From: Deltaproteobacteria bacterium
Lineage (GTDB): Bacteria; Myxococcota_A; UBA9160; SMWR01
Reading direction: 5' to 3'
Assembly (NCBI GenBank): GCA_032128375.1
Contig: JAQBGU010000002.1
Coordinates: 1 to 64,000 of the forward strand
DNA: 64,000 bases
In this document: one piece after another, positions 9,650 to 18,793 of the stretch
How the letters are laid out: every line of letters starts with the position of its first letter
Position numbering within the stretch: position 1 is the first letter of the stretch
Position numbers and translations under genes: made by a program
The notes under the pieces: model-generated
Database searches by the model: none
What the model saw: the letters and a program-made list of their open reading frames with translations, nothing else
Told to the model about the DNA's origin: nothing

Positions 9650-10765
9650 CTAGATGCGCAGCCCCCGACCGACGCGCTTGCGGGTACCGTTGATCTCGCG
9701 CAGTTCGATGATGGCGTTTTCGGCGACGTCAGTACCGACGACTTCGTCTTCTTCTCCCGCGAGTTCATCCATATCGACCCACGCGCCGTAAATGGAACGC
9801 GTGCGTTCCGTGATGATGCCGGCCTTGAGCAGAGTCTTGATGAGCACACGGAAGATGTTCGTTCCCTCGGTCATCGACTGGCGCCGCTCGCCGTCGGTAA
9901 ACGCCTCGAGTACCGCCGCGCGCACCCACTGCCAGTCGAGTCCGAACTCGTGGTAGATCTCCTGCTTCTGCTCGGCGTTGATCAGGTTCAACAGCAGCGT
10001 TTGGAAGCACTGCGCGGCCCATAGCTCGACTTCCTCGTGCTCCTGTTCGGTGAGGTGCGGGACAGTCCTGTCGGCCCAGATTTTTCCGAACTTGTGGTGG
10101 AAGGCCTCGTCGCTCATGACGAATTGGATCATCCGGCGCAACAGCGGGTCGTTGGTTTGCATGTTCAGCGTCGCAAACGCGCCCATCGCCAGGCCCTCGA
10201 TCAGCATTTGCATACCGATCAGCTTCTTGTAGACGATCGGCGACCGCACGATGTCGTCCATCAGGCTCCCGAGCGTTGCGCCGACCTTCAGCGGCTTGCC
10301 CCATCGGGTTTCGATGTACTTCGAAAATGCCGTGACATGGCGGGCTTCTTCGCGCGTCTGGTTGGCCGCGTATTCCTGCGCGCCCGGATCGCGCAGCACC
10401 TGGCAGAGGCTCGCCGAGAGCGCCAACGCGCCCTGTTCGCCGTGAAGGATACTCGAGAGCATGAACCGCGCGTTCTGGTTCACCATGCGAATCTTCTGGC
10501 CTTCGTCGAGCTTTTCTCCGACGGCGCAATGCAGTTCGACCACCATCTGGGGGGGCAAGATCGTGTCCTGGGTCAGGTCGAACGGAGCGTTTTTGTAGTC
10601 GATGTATCGGGGGTCGAGCGGGTCCCAGAAGTGGTCGACGGTGGAAGAGATGATCGAATCGAATGCATCGCAGCGGTCGGCGTAGCGATCGACTTCGATC
10701 ATCGACATGAAGTCGTCGCGATCGACGGCGTTGTAGGCTTTGTCATAGGTGATGTTTTCGGCCAC
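9650..10765 (-). CDS. Ferritin-like/AurF-type diiron oxygenase
   Basis: LHGEQGAL, EEARH, IEGLA and SDEAFH motifs; AGGAG RBS. Confidence 0.9.
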   Translation of the reverse strand: MAENITYDKAYNAVDRDDFMSMIEVDRYADRCDAFDSIISSTVDHFWDPLDPRYIDYKNAPFDLTQDTILPPQMVVELHCAVGEKLDEGQKIRMVNQNARFMLSSILHGEQGALALSASLCQVLRDPGAQEYAANQTREEARHVTAFSKYIETRWGKPLKVGATLGSLMDDIVRSPIVYKKLIGMQMLIEGLAMGAFATLNMQTNDPLLRRMIQFVMSDEAFHHKFGKIWADRTVPHLTEQEHEEVELWAAQCFQTLLLNLINAEQKQEIYHEFGLDWQWVRAAVLEAFTDGERRQSMTEGTNIFRVLIKTLLKAGIITERTRSIYGAWVDMDELAGEEDEVVGTDVAENAIIELREINGTRKRVGRGLRI

Positions 10766-10788
10766 GGGTACTGTCTCCTGGTATGGGC

Positions 10789-10853
10789 GCAGTTGCGATT
10801 GCGAGCAGTTGTAGTTGCGTGTAGTTGCGTGTAGTTGCGAGTAGTTGCAGTTG
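10789..10853. repeat. Degenerate 10-bp tandem array (GTAGTTGCGW x4 plus partial units)
   Basis: gtagttgcgt gtagttgcgt gtagttgcga gtagttgc. Confidence 0.9.
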
Positions 10854-10862
10854 AGAGAAGGT

Positions 10863-11543
10863 CTATTTTTCGATTCCGAGCTGGGCGGGATGAGTTCCCG
10901 CTAGTTGAATCCCAGTCAGGGTTTGAATCAATGTGTCACGCGACGCGCGGCTCGGATCTTCGACCCACCACGCGATCACCCGCGCCCACATGCCGACGAG
11001 GGCTTGCGAGAGAATGACCGGGTCCAGTTCGGCAGGCATTTCGCCGCTCGCGATCCGCTGGCGCCTTCCCTGTGCGATACCGGCCGCGAGTGTGCTCAGC
11101 AGATCGGTTTGTACGTCGGCATGCTCGCGGTCGCCGTCAGAGGCCCGATCGACGCTGAAGATGATGCGGACCCGCTCGCGATTTTCCTCGGCATAGCAGA
11201 CGAGCGCCTCGGCGATTCGCGGCACGCTGTCGCGCAGATCGCCGGAATCGGATGCAGCGTCGAGCCGTTGTTGCAGGTCGCCGAGCGCCTCGAACGCGAT
11301 CTCTCGAAACAGCGCGCCCTTGTCCTGGAAGTGCAGGTAGAAGGTGCCGGCTGCCATGCCGGCGTGATGTGCGACGTCATGGCTGGTAACCCGGTGCAGG
11401 CCCTTGGCGGCGAACAACGCGACGCCGCTCGAAAATAACCGTTCGCGGGTCGCAGCCCGGCTGCGTGAGCCAGCCGACCGGCGCTCGCTCGGTTCGGTTT
11501 CGGAAGTTTCCACCGCAGTCGAAGTGACGGACATGTCAGTCAC
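10863..11543 (-). CDS. TetR/AcrR family transcriptional regulator
   Basis: TRERLFSSGVALFAAKGLHRVTSHDVAHHAGMAAGTFYLHFQDK HTH. Confidence 0.93.
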   Translation of the reverse strand: MTDMSVTSTAVETSETEPSERRSAGSRSRAATRERLFSSGVALFAAKGLHRVTSHDVAHHAGMAAGTFYLHFQDKGALFREIAFEALGDLQQRLDAASDSGDLRDSVPRIAEALVCYAEENRERVRIIFSVDRASDGDREHADVQTDLLSTLAAGIAQGRRQRIASGEMPAELDPVILSQALVGMWARVIAWWVEDPSRASRDTLIQTLTGIQLAGTHPAQLGIEK

Positions 11544-11557
11544 TGACAGTATCGTCA
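11525..11557. promoter_or_regulatory. Two tandem TGAC-N6-GTCA palindromes, probable TetR operators
   Basis: TGACggacatGTCA (11525-11538) and TGACagtatcGTCA (11544-11557) overlap the tetR start in a divergent region. Confidence 0.65.
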
Positions 11558-11708
11558 GCCGAACAGATCGGCAACAGCAAAGAGCCCGGCGGCAGTTTCG
11601 CGGACGATCTGCTTGCCCCGGAGATTGCCAATGGGTTACAACCAGTTACGCGATCGTCAACCGCTTACAGAGCCGATACGGGTTCAGCACCCAGACACAG
11701 GATTCCCC

Positions 11709-12788
11709 ATGATCGAGGCACTCCCCGAGCGCCAACCCCTATCCACCGAATCGACAGCGACCGCCATCGACGCGGTCTACAACTGGAACTACGAACCTGA
11801 AATCGACGAACTGAGGACGCTGTACGCGAACGCGCTCGATCGCCAGTGGATCTCAGTGCGCGACCTCGACTGGGAGCGCGGCGTCGACCGGGACGCATTC
11901 GCGCGAAGTTTCTCGCTGGCCGGGTTCCCGATCCAGCAGACGCAGTTCTGGAAGAACCTCGACCCGGATCTGCAGTGGCAGATTTCGCGCCGCACGGCGG
12001 CCTTCATGCTGTCTAATTTTCTGCACGGGGAGCAGGGCGCACTGATGGCTGCGTCTCAGATGGTCTCGGCCGTGCCGCACATGGATGCGAAGTTCTACGC
12101 GGCCACCCAGACGATCGACGAGGCGCGTCACGTTGAAGTGTTCGCGGCGTTCATTCGCCAACTCGACGAAGTCCATCCGATCATGCCGTCTTTGAAAAGC
12201 CTGCTCGACCGCACGCTCTCAACCGATTGTTGGATGCAAAAGGCTGTCGGCATGCAGATCGTCGTGGAGGGTCTGGCGCTGTATGTGTTCCGCGACATGC
12301 GCAACACGACCGAGGAACCGCTTCTCGAACAGCTGCTGACGCTGGTATCCCGCGACGAGGCGCGTCACACCGCGTTCGGCATCAAATACCTGCGCCAAGT
12401 GGTCGGTGATCTGAGCGTCGCAGAGCGCGAGCGGCTCGAAGATTTCGGGTTCGAGGCGGCGCGTATGTTGGTGGACTCGCGAACCGGCGGCTCGATGCGC
12501 CAATCCGCGCTGCAGATCTGGTCCGATGCCGGTATGGATCCGCAGACAGTCTTCGGCGAGTTGCTAAAGGAGCGCGAGATGTTCGCGCAAGTCGGCCAGG
12601 ATTCCGCTGGACCGATTCGCGGTTTCGTGATCCCGACGCTGCGCAGCATCGGGTTGTTCAGTGATCGCATGGAGAAGAATTTTCGCGAGATGTTCACCGC
12701 CAACTTTGGCGAAGAGCGCGCGAACAAGATGAATCTGCAAGGCGATCTTCCCGATGACCTCGACGCATGGGTAGAAGCGCGCGTCTGA
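11709..12788 (+). CDS. Ferritin-like/AurF-type diiron oxygenase
   Basis: SNFLHGEQGAL, DEARHVE, GMQIVVEGLA and RDEARH motifs. Confidence 0.9.
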   Translation: MIEALPERQPLSTESTATAIDAVYNWNYEPEIDELRTLYANALDRQWISVRDLDWERGVDRDAFARSFSLAGFPIQQTQFWKNLDPDLQWQISRRTAAFMLSNFLHGEQGALMAASQMVSAVPHMDAKFYAATQTIDEARHVEVFAAFIRQLDEVHPIMPSLKSLLDRTLSTDCWMQKAVGMQIVVEGLALYVFRDMRNTTEEPLLEQLLTLVSRDEARHTAFGIKYLRQVVGDLSVAERERLEDFGFEAARMLVDSRTGGSMRQSALQIWSDAGMDPQTVFGELLKEREMFAQVGQDSAGPIRGFVIPTLRSIGLFSDRMEKNFREMFTANFGEERANKMNLQGDLPDDLDAWVEARV

Positions 12789-12821
12789 CTCCACCTCGCG
12801 CCCGGCCAGGAGTGGTGCGCC

Positions 12822-13607
12822 ATGTCGCCCGAATTCGCCGACGAATACGGTCCCGTCACCTCACGCTACTACGATGACACCTACGCGGCGCTCCGCGATT
12901 CGAGCGGCGATGCGAACTGGTACCTCGGGTTGGCGCGAGCGGCGAAGGGCCCCGTGCTCGAGCTGGGCTGCGGGACCGGCCGTGTGCTGTTGCCGGTCGC
13001 TCGGGAGGGGATTGTCTGCACCGGCCTCGATGCATCGCCTGCGATGCTCGATGTCTTTCGCCAAAAGAACCCGCCGGACAACCTGCGTCTGGTCGAGGGG
13101 GCGCTGCAGAACTTCGATCTGGGCGAGGAGCGCTTCGCGCTGATTTTTTCGGCATTCCGCGTGTTTCAGCACCTCTACACGATCGACGATCAACTCGCCT
13201 GCCTCGCGCGCGTTCGAAGCCACCTCGCGCCCGGTGGCGCTTTGGCTTTCGACGCGTTCGTCCCGCGTCTCGAAAGGATGTGGATCCTGGAAGAGCCGGA
13301 AGCAGAGGACGCGCGCTTCGAACAGCGAGGAGACGAGATCGTCCGCTACGCGTCCGTGCGTCGCGATCTTCTGGAGCAACTGACGAAATTGTGTATGCGC
13401 TACGAACGCCGTCGCGGTGGTCAGGTGGTCGGCAACGAGACCGTCGAGTTCCAGATGCGCCACTTCTACCGCTATGAACTCGAGCACCTGCTGAAACGCG
13501 CAGGATTCGATCAATTCGAGCTGTACGGCGATTTCGACGGAACACCGTTCGGCGCCGAAGCGACTTCGTTCGTCGTCGTCGCGCGCGCGAGTTCTGGCTC
13601 GTCCTGA
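12822..13607 (+). CDS. Class I SAM-dependent methyltransferase
   Basis: VLELGCGTGRV and GLDASPAML motifs; AGGAG RBS. Confidence 0.93.
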   Translation: MSPEFADEYGPVTSRYYDDTYAALRDSSGDANWYLGLARAAKGPVLELGCGTGRVLLPVAREGIVCTGLDASPAMLDVFRQKNPPDNLRLVEGALQNFDLGEERFALIFSAFRVFQHLYTIDDQLACLARVRSHLAPGGALAFDAFVPRLERMWILEEPEAEDARFEQRGDEIVRYASVRRDLLEQLTKLCMRYERRRGGQVVGNETVEFQMRHFYRYELEHLLKRAGFDQFELYGDFDGTPFGAEATSFVVVARASSGSS

Positions 13608-13823
13608 ACCCCCGGCCGCGCCGTGATGGCTGCGGGAACGCGATGAGTTGCGCGTTCGCCGCTGCGGCGAAAGCTTCCCCGTCGTCGCCCGACCCATCTG
13701 GGGCCGGGTAATCTCCAAACCCGTATCCGTCCCGTTACAAGACGACCTTCGCTTCTTCCGACCTCTCAAGCCCGCACCCCCATGGGCTCACCTCACGGTT
13801 CGCTTTCCCTCGCAAGCGGACAC

Positions 13824-15191
13824 TCAGGGAATCCCAGCAGCCCGCCGCACGGTATCGAGCAGTAGTTGCGTCCCGAGCCGGAGGTTCTGTGTCGAAATCC
13901 GCTCGTCGTGGCCATGCACACCACCGACTTCTTCTGTCGTGAGCAGTACCGGCGTGTAGCCGATCGCCGGCACGCCGTGCTTGCGATAGATCCGGCTGTC
14001 GGTGAAGCCGGGAGAGATCATCGGCATCACGACACCGCCGTTCGTCTCGTGGCGAATCGTCGCCTCGATGTGATCGAGCAATTCGGTGCGCACTTCGGAG
14101 ACGAGCGGTAGGCAGCGATAGCTGACCTCGATTTCGACCTTCTCGTCATTGATGATGGCGCGCAGATCCTCGAGATATCGATCGACATCCTGAGCCGGAA
14201 GCAGGCGACAATCCAATGTGGCACTGGCTGCAGCCGGAATCACGTTGTGCTTCTTGCCCCCGCCTAGCGTGGTGAGGCTCACGGTATTGCTCACCAACGC
14301 GCGCACCAGATCGCTGGCTGACGCCAGGCCCTTGAGTGCCTGCGGGTCGCGAAAGTCGAGGTCGGCGGGCAGCATCCCATTATCGACCAGCGTCTGCAAC
14401 GTGAGCTCCGTCTCCGGCCGCAACACCACCGAGGTTTCGATATCGGCGATCCTCCCGAGGGCCTGGATCAGCCGAAGTGGCGCATTGTCGCCGTGCGGGA
14501 TCGCGCCGTGACCCGGTCTGCCCTTCGCGGTGAGCCGCAACCACAACGGCGCCTTTTCAGTCGGGGCGACGCCGAAGATCAAGCCGCGCTTGCCGAGCAA
14601 TTCGCCGAAACCGTACGCGCCCTCGTTGATCACGCCGTCCGCCACCAGCAGCTCCGGGTGGTTGACGGCGAGCCAATCCATTCCAAACTGGCTGGCTTCC
14701 TCTTCGTCGGCCACCGCCAGGAACAGGATGTCTCGGCGATGCTCGACCTTCTGGCGCTGCAGCAGCACGAATGCCAGCAGCTCCATGATCCCCATGCCTT
14801 TCATATCCAGTGCACCGCGTCCCCACAGGACGCCGTCTTTGAGCAGACCCGCATACGGATCGACGCTCCAATAGTCGCGTTCGACCGGAACGACGTCGAT
14901 GTGCGACAGCAGCACGAGCGGCTTGGTGCCCGCACTGTTGGTGCCGGGGCGCCGCGCAGAGACCGAAACGCGTCCATCGCCGGCGTCGTAGGTTGTTGGG
15001 TCGAACCCCTCTGATCGCAGGATCTGTGCCAGTAATTCGACGCCGGCCTCCTCACCACCCGGCGGGTTGGTGGTATCGATGCGCAGGTAGCGCTGCAGAA
15101 GGGAGGTAGCCTCGTCTTCGAGTTCATCCCAGTCGATCGGGAGGACGGAAAGTTTTTCGTTCAGGGACGCGTCGTGGGAGTGGTCGGCCAT
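13824..15191 (-). CDS. M20/M25/M40 family metallohydrolase
   Basis: LSHIDVVP, GRGALDMKG, ADEE, GFTDSR and HGHDERI motifs. Confidence 0.95.
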   Translation of the reverse strand: MADHSHDASLNEKLSVLPIDWDELEDEATSLLQRYLRIDTTNPPGGEEAGVELLAQILRSEGFDPTTYDAGDGRVSVSARRPGTNSAGTKPLVLLSHIDVVPVERDYWSVDPYAGLLKDGVLWGRGALDMKGMGIMELLAFVLLQRQKVEHRRDILFLAVADEEEASQFGMDWLAVNHPELLVADGVINEGAYGFGELLGKRGLIFGVAPTEKAPLWLRLTAKGRPGHGAIPHGDNAPLRLIQALGRIADIETSVVLRPETELTLQTLVDNGMLPADLDFRDPQALKGLASASDLVRALVSNTVSLTTLGGGKKHNVIPAAASATLDCRLLPAQDVDRYLEDLRAIINDEKVEIEVSYRCLPLVSEVRTELLDHIEATIRHETNGGVVMPMISPGFTDSRIYRKHGVPAIGYTPVLLTTEEVGGVHGHDERISTQNLRLGTQLLLDTVRRAAGIP

Positions 15192-15269
15192 GAAAGCGAT
15201 CCTATCATCGGAGCCCGGTTCTGCCCCGCCCCCCCGGCGACTCGCGGGTATCCGACAGGAGTAACGACA

Positions 15270-15869
15270 ATGGAACTACTGGTGATCCGGCACGGGCTAC
15301 CGCTGCGAATCGAGCGAGACGACGGCAAACCTGCCGACCCGGCACTCAGTGAGTTGGGTCACCGCCAAGCGCAACGTGTCGCCGACTGGTTGAAGGACGA
15401 GCCGATCGACGCGATCTATGCGAGTCCGCTGATTCGGGCGCAACAGACCGCCATGCCACTCGCGGCCGCGAAGGGGCTACCGATTCAGACGGAGCCTGGC
15501 ATCGTAGAGTTCGACCCGGATGCGGAGTCCTATGTTCCTCTCGAAGAGCTCAAGGCCACCGACCCCGAAGCGTGGCGGGCGATGGTACAAGGCGGCCTGT
15601 ACGGGGAGATCGATTTTGATCTGTTTCGGCGAACGGTCGTCAGCAGCCTCGAGCGGATCATCGCCGAGAATCCCTCGAAAACGGTTGCCGTCGTATGCCA
15701 CGGCGGCGTGATCAACAGCTGGGCGGCCCACATCCTCGGCATCGACACACCGCTGTTTTTCGAGCCCACCTACACCAGCATCAACCGGTCTCTCGCCGCG
15801 AGCAGCGGTGAACGCATGGTCGTCAGCCTGAACGAATCGGCGCACCTGAGAGGCCTGGCTGGTAGCTGA
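15270..15869 (+). CDS. Histidine phosphatase family protein
   Basis: IRHG, SPLIRAQQTA and VCHGGVI motifs. Confidence 0.93.
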   Translation: MELLVIRHGLPLRIERDDGKPADPALSELGHRQAQRVADWLKDEPIDAIYASPLIRAQQTAMPLAAAKGLPIQTEPGIVEFDPDAESYVPLEELKATDPEAWRAMVQGGLYGEIDFDLFRRTVVSSLERIIAENPSKTVAVVCHGGVINSWAAHILGIDTPLFFEPTYTSINRSLAASSGERMVVSLNESAHLRGLAGS

Positions 15870-15924
15870 AGGTACAGCCGTTGCATTCAGCAACCGAACT
15901 CGAAGCTCTCGAGCGGTGGCCGTC

Positions 15925-16619
15925 TCAGCTATTTCCCCCGAGGCCGGTCGCGACCGCAGATTCGCGACCGCGCTTGCGCAGTTCGCGCACATACTCGCCT
16001 GGCGCGCGACCCGTCCAGCGCCGCAGTGCTTTGTGAAATGCGGATGCGTCGGAGAAACCGAGCAGAAACGCTATCTCATTGACCGATACTCGCCTACGTA
16101 CTCAGGCTCAGCGTGTGTGAACCACGCCTCCAGTGGAGCGGGCCCACCCATGACGATGGGCGCAGTGCGCACCATCAGCGCGATGCAGTAGTCCGACGAC
16201 GACCGAGTTGCAGGAAACCCGTTTAGTTCGTAGGTGCAGAGCGTGCGCGAACCATCGATGCGAAGCTCGACGGCCAGCGCATCGTCGACCAGACGCAGAT
16301 AGCGGGATGCGCGTTGGTAGGCTTCGCGGGGTGTTGCGCTGGTCGAGGCGAGGTACGTGAACAGGTGCAACATCGCCGGGCTGATGCCTTCTGCGACGTG
16401 CAAGCCAAAGGCCGGATCACCGGACGCCAAGTAGGCGGCCGTCCAGAACGCCTGGGCCTGCTGGTTTGGAATGCGAAGCGTGGGATCGTGCAGCTGAGCT
16501 TCCGACAGCCCGACAGTGGCGAGCGTGGAGGTCGGATCGATTCCGCGCACGCGGAGGGCAAAGATCACCGGCAAGAGCGTCTCGATTGCGCATCGCGAGG
16601 CCTGGATAGACGCGGCCAT
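15925..16619 (-). pseudogene. AraC family regulator with internal deletion and frameshift
   Basis: Ligand-binding domain ends PEYVGEYR; the adjacent frame resumes SVNEIAFLLGFSDASAFHKALRRWTGRAPGEY (second HTH); the first HTH is missing. Confidence 0.88.
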
Positions 16620-16752
16620 ACCGCAAACGTACCGCCGACATCGTGGACACCGCCAGACAGTTGACCGAAATCGACAAACACGGCATCTGGCTGGGACAAG
16701 CAATCCGCCCGGCTCTCGATCACCCTATGGATCGCGCGCCCCGGAGGAAGCC

Positions 16753-17529
16753 ATGAACACGACAATACCCACGGTCCACGAATCGCACCGTTCGCCGCGA
16801 GTCCGACCTCTCATCGCGCTGAAAGCGTTCGTGCGCTCTGCCCGCAATCCCGAGGACACCGAAAACGGTGCTCGCTTCGTGCTGGCCCTACAGGGGAGTG
16901 CGAGCGAACGCACCTACCAACGCTTCTGCGCCGACCCACGCGGCGCACGCCTGCTCGCTGCGCGGCCCTCGCTGCTAGCAGAGTTGAGCGACCGCGATCA
17001 CCTGGCGACGCTTCCCGCGGGCAGCCTGGGCCAATCCTATCTCGAGTTTGTGACGCGCGAGGGACTCAGCGCCGCAGGGCTCGCGGCCGCGGTTTCGGTC
17101 GTCGAGAACGAACTTGCCGATTCGGATCCCGATCGGCGTTTCGTCGCTGATCGCATTCGCGACATGCACGACCTCTGGCACGTGACGACCGGCTATTGCC
17201 GAGACCTGCTCGGCGAACTGGCACTGATCGCATTCAGTTACACACAGCTGCGCACCCGGGCGTTTGCGCTGATCCTGCCGTTCGCATACGCGTTCAACGA
17301 ACGACAAGCTCCCGGTGCGCGCGCACTGCTGCGCGGTGCGTGGCGGCGCGGAAACGCTGCAAAGTGGCTGCCAGTGCAGGACTGGGAGGCGCTACTGGCG
17401 CGACCTCTCGACGAAGTCCGCGATCGATTGCATCTCGGTCCATGCCCGGAATACAACCGCTACTTCCGCAACCCGGATGGATTCGGTCTGCTGGCGGAGA
17501 CGACGGAATCACCTCCCCGCACCGCGTGA
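16753..17529 (+). CDS. Coq4 family protein
   Basis: LPAGSLGQSY and RIRDMHDLWHVTTGYCRDLLGE (HDxxH) motifs; GGAGG RBS. Confidence 0.9.
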   Translation: MNTTIPTVHESHRSPRVRPLIALKAFVRSARNPEDTENGARFVLALQGSASERTYQRFCADPRGARLLAARPSLLAELSDRDHLATLPAGSLGQSYLEFVTREGLSAAGLAAAVSVVENELADSDPDRRFVADRIRDMHDLWHVTTGYCRDLLGELALIAFSYTQLRTRAFALILPFAYAFNERQAPGARALLRGAWRRGNAAKWLPVQDWEALLARPLDEVRDRLHLGPCPEYNRYFRNPDGFGLLAETTESPPRTA

Positions 17530-17559
17530 GCACGCGGTTGGCTCGCCGTTCGCGTTCCC

Positions 17560-18750
17560 CTATTCCGACTCCCGACCCCCCGACCCGCCCGATCTGACGC
17601 GAACGCCGCGTCGATCGCGGAGACCAGCGCTCGAGCGCGGCGCGATCGCGCGCAGGATCTGCTGGGCAGCAAGCCGGTGCCCGTCTCGCGTCCAGTGGGT
17701 GTCGTTCTGGTGCAGGCAGCCCGGGTAGGCTCGGAAGGCGGGCAGCAGGTCGAGGGTTTCGATGCCCTGGTTGGCAAAGCGCTCAGCGAGCAGGCGCTGC
17801 GGCTGATCGATATCGATGGGCTCCCCATCGTTGAATAGCAGCCGTTGTAGCGCGGGATTGATCTGGGTCTCGTCCGCGATCAGCACCACGAGCAATGGGA
17901 TCCCGACCTCTCGCGCATGGGTCTCGATGCGAGCAATCTGGCGGGTCAGTCGCGCCAGTTTCACGTCGCGCTGCTGCCAGTCGGTCCGATAGATTTTCGT
18001 CCTGTGGCGTTGAATCTGAATGAACACCGGCGGGAACTCGTCGCAGCGCTCGCGGCGGAAGTCGAGCAGCGGGCGCGCCTGGTGGAGAACGAGTCGCGCC
18101 AGGTGAGACGATTCGTGGAGTGCGACCTTCAGAGAAATGAGAGGGTCACGCGACGCCTTGCGCGAAATGCGGCGCCCCAGGGCTGCAGTGGGCAGCCGCG
18201 CGATCGAGTCCACCGAATCGGTGATGTCGTTTCCCACGAAGAGTCCGACGATCACCATATCCGGATCGAATTCGAGACCGTAGTGGGCGAAGTACTGCGC
18301 ATATTGAAAAGGTCCCCACCCGCCCACTGCGGTGTTCATCACCTCGATGCGGCGCCGCGTGCGACGCTGAAGGAGTCGCTGGAGCTGGGCGGGATAACTG
18401 TCGCGCTGCTCGACCGAAGCGCCAACCGTGAAGGAATCCCCCAAGACCAGGATGCGAAATACACCTGGCTCCTTGAACAGCGACACGTCGTCGCTGCGGT
18501 GACCGTGCAGGTTGGCGTTTGCCGGAATGCCACCCGAGAACTGCCCCTTCCCGAATGGGTTGAGTCGGTAGCCCGTGAACGGGTCGGCGATGTAGTACAT
18601 GTTCCTTTCGGTCGCGTAGGGGACCGGGGCGAGCCATCGCAGCGCCAGCTCGATCGCGCCCATCGTCAACAGGATGCTGAATAACGCCAGTGAGAGATTG
18701 GCTAGGGACACAGTCGTCCAGCGACCGCCGAAGGCGCGGGTGTCAAACAA
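17560..18750 (-). CDS. SGNH/GDSL hydrolase family, membrane anchored (start uncertain)
   Basis: LGDSFT, VGGWG, FVGND and DTHW blocks. Confidence 0.88.
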   Translation of the reverse strand: MFDTRAFGGRWTTVSLANLSLALFSILLTMGAIELALRWLAPVPYATERNMYYIADPFTGYRLNPFGKGQFSGGIPANANLHGHRSDDVSLFKEPGVFRILVLGDSFTVGASVEQRDSYPAQLQRLLQRRTRRRIEVMNTAVGGWGPFQYAQYFAHYGLEFDPDMVIVGLFVGNDITDSVDSIARLPTAALGRRISRKASRDPLISLKVALHESSHLARLVLHQARPLLDFRRERCDEFPPVFIQIQRHRTKIYRTDWQQRDVKLARLTRQIARIETHAREVGIPLLVVLIADETQINPALQRLLFNDGEPIDIDQPQRLLAERFANQGIETLDLLPAFRAYPGCLHQNDTHWTRDGHRLAAQQILRAIAPRSSAGLRDRRGVRVRSGGSGGRESE

Positions 18751-18793
18751 GAACCTGTCGAGTTCGAATCCGAGGCGGAAGCCAGCTTGCCCA

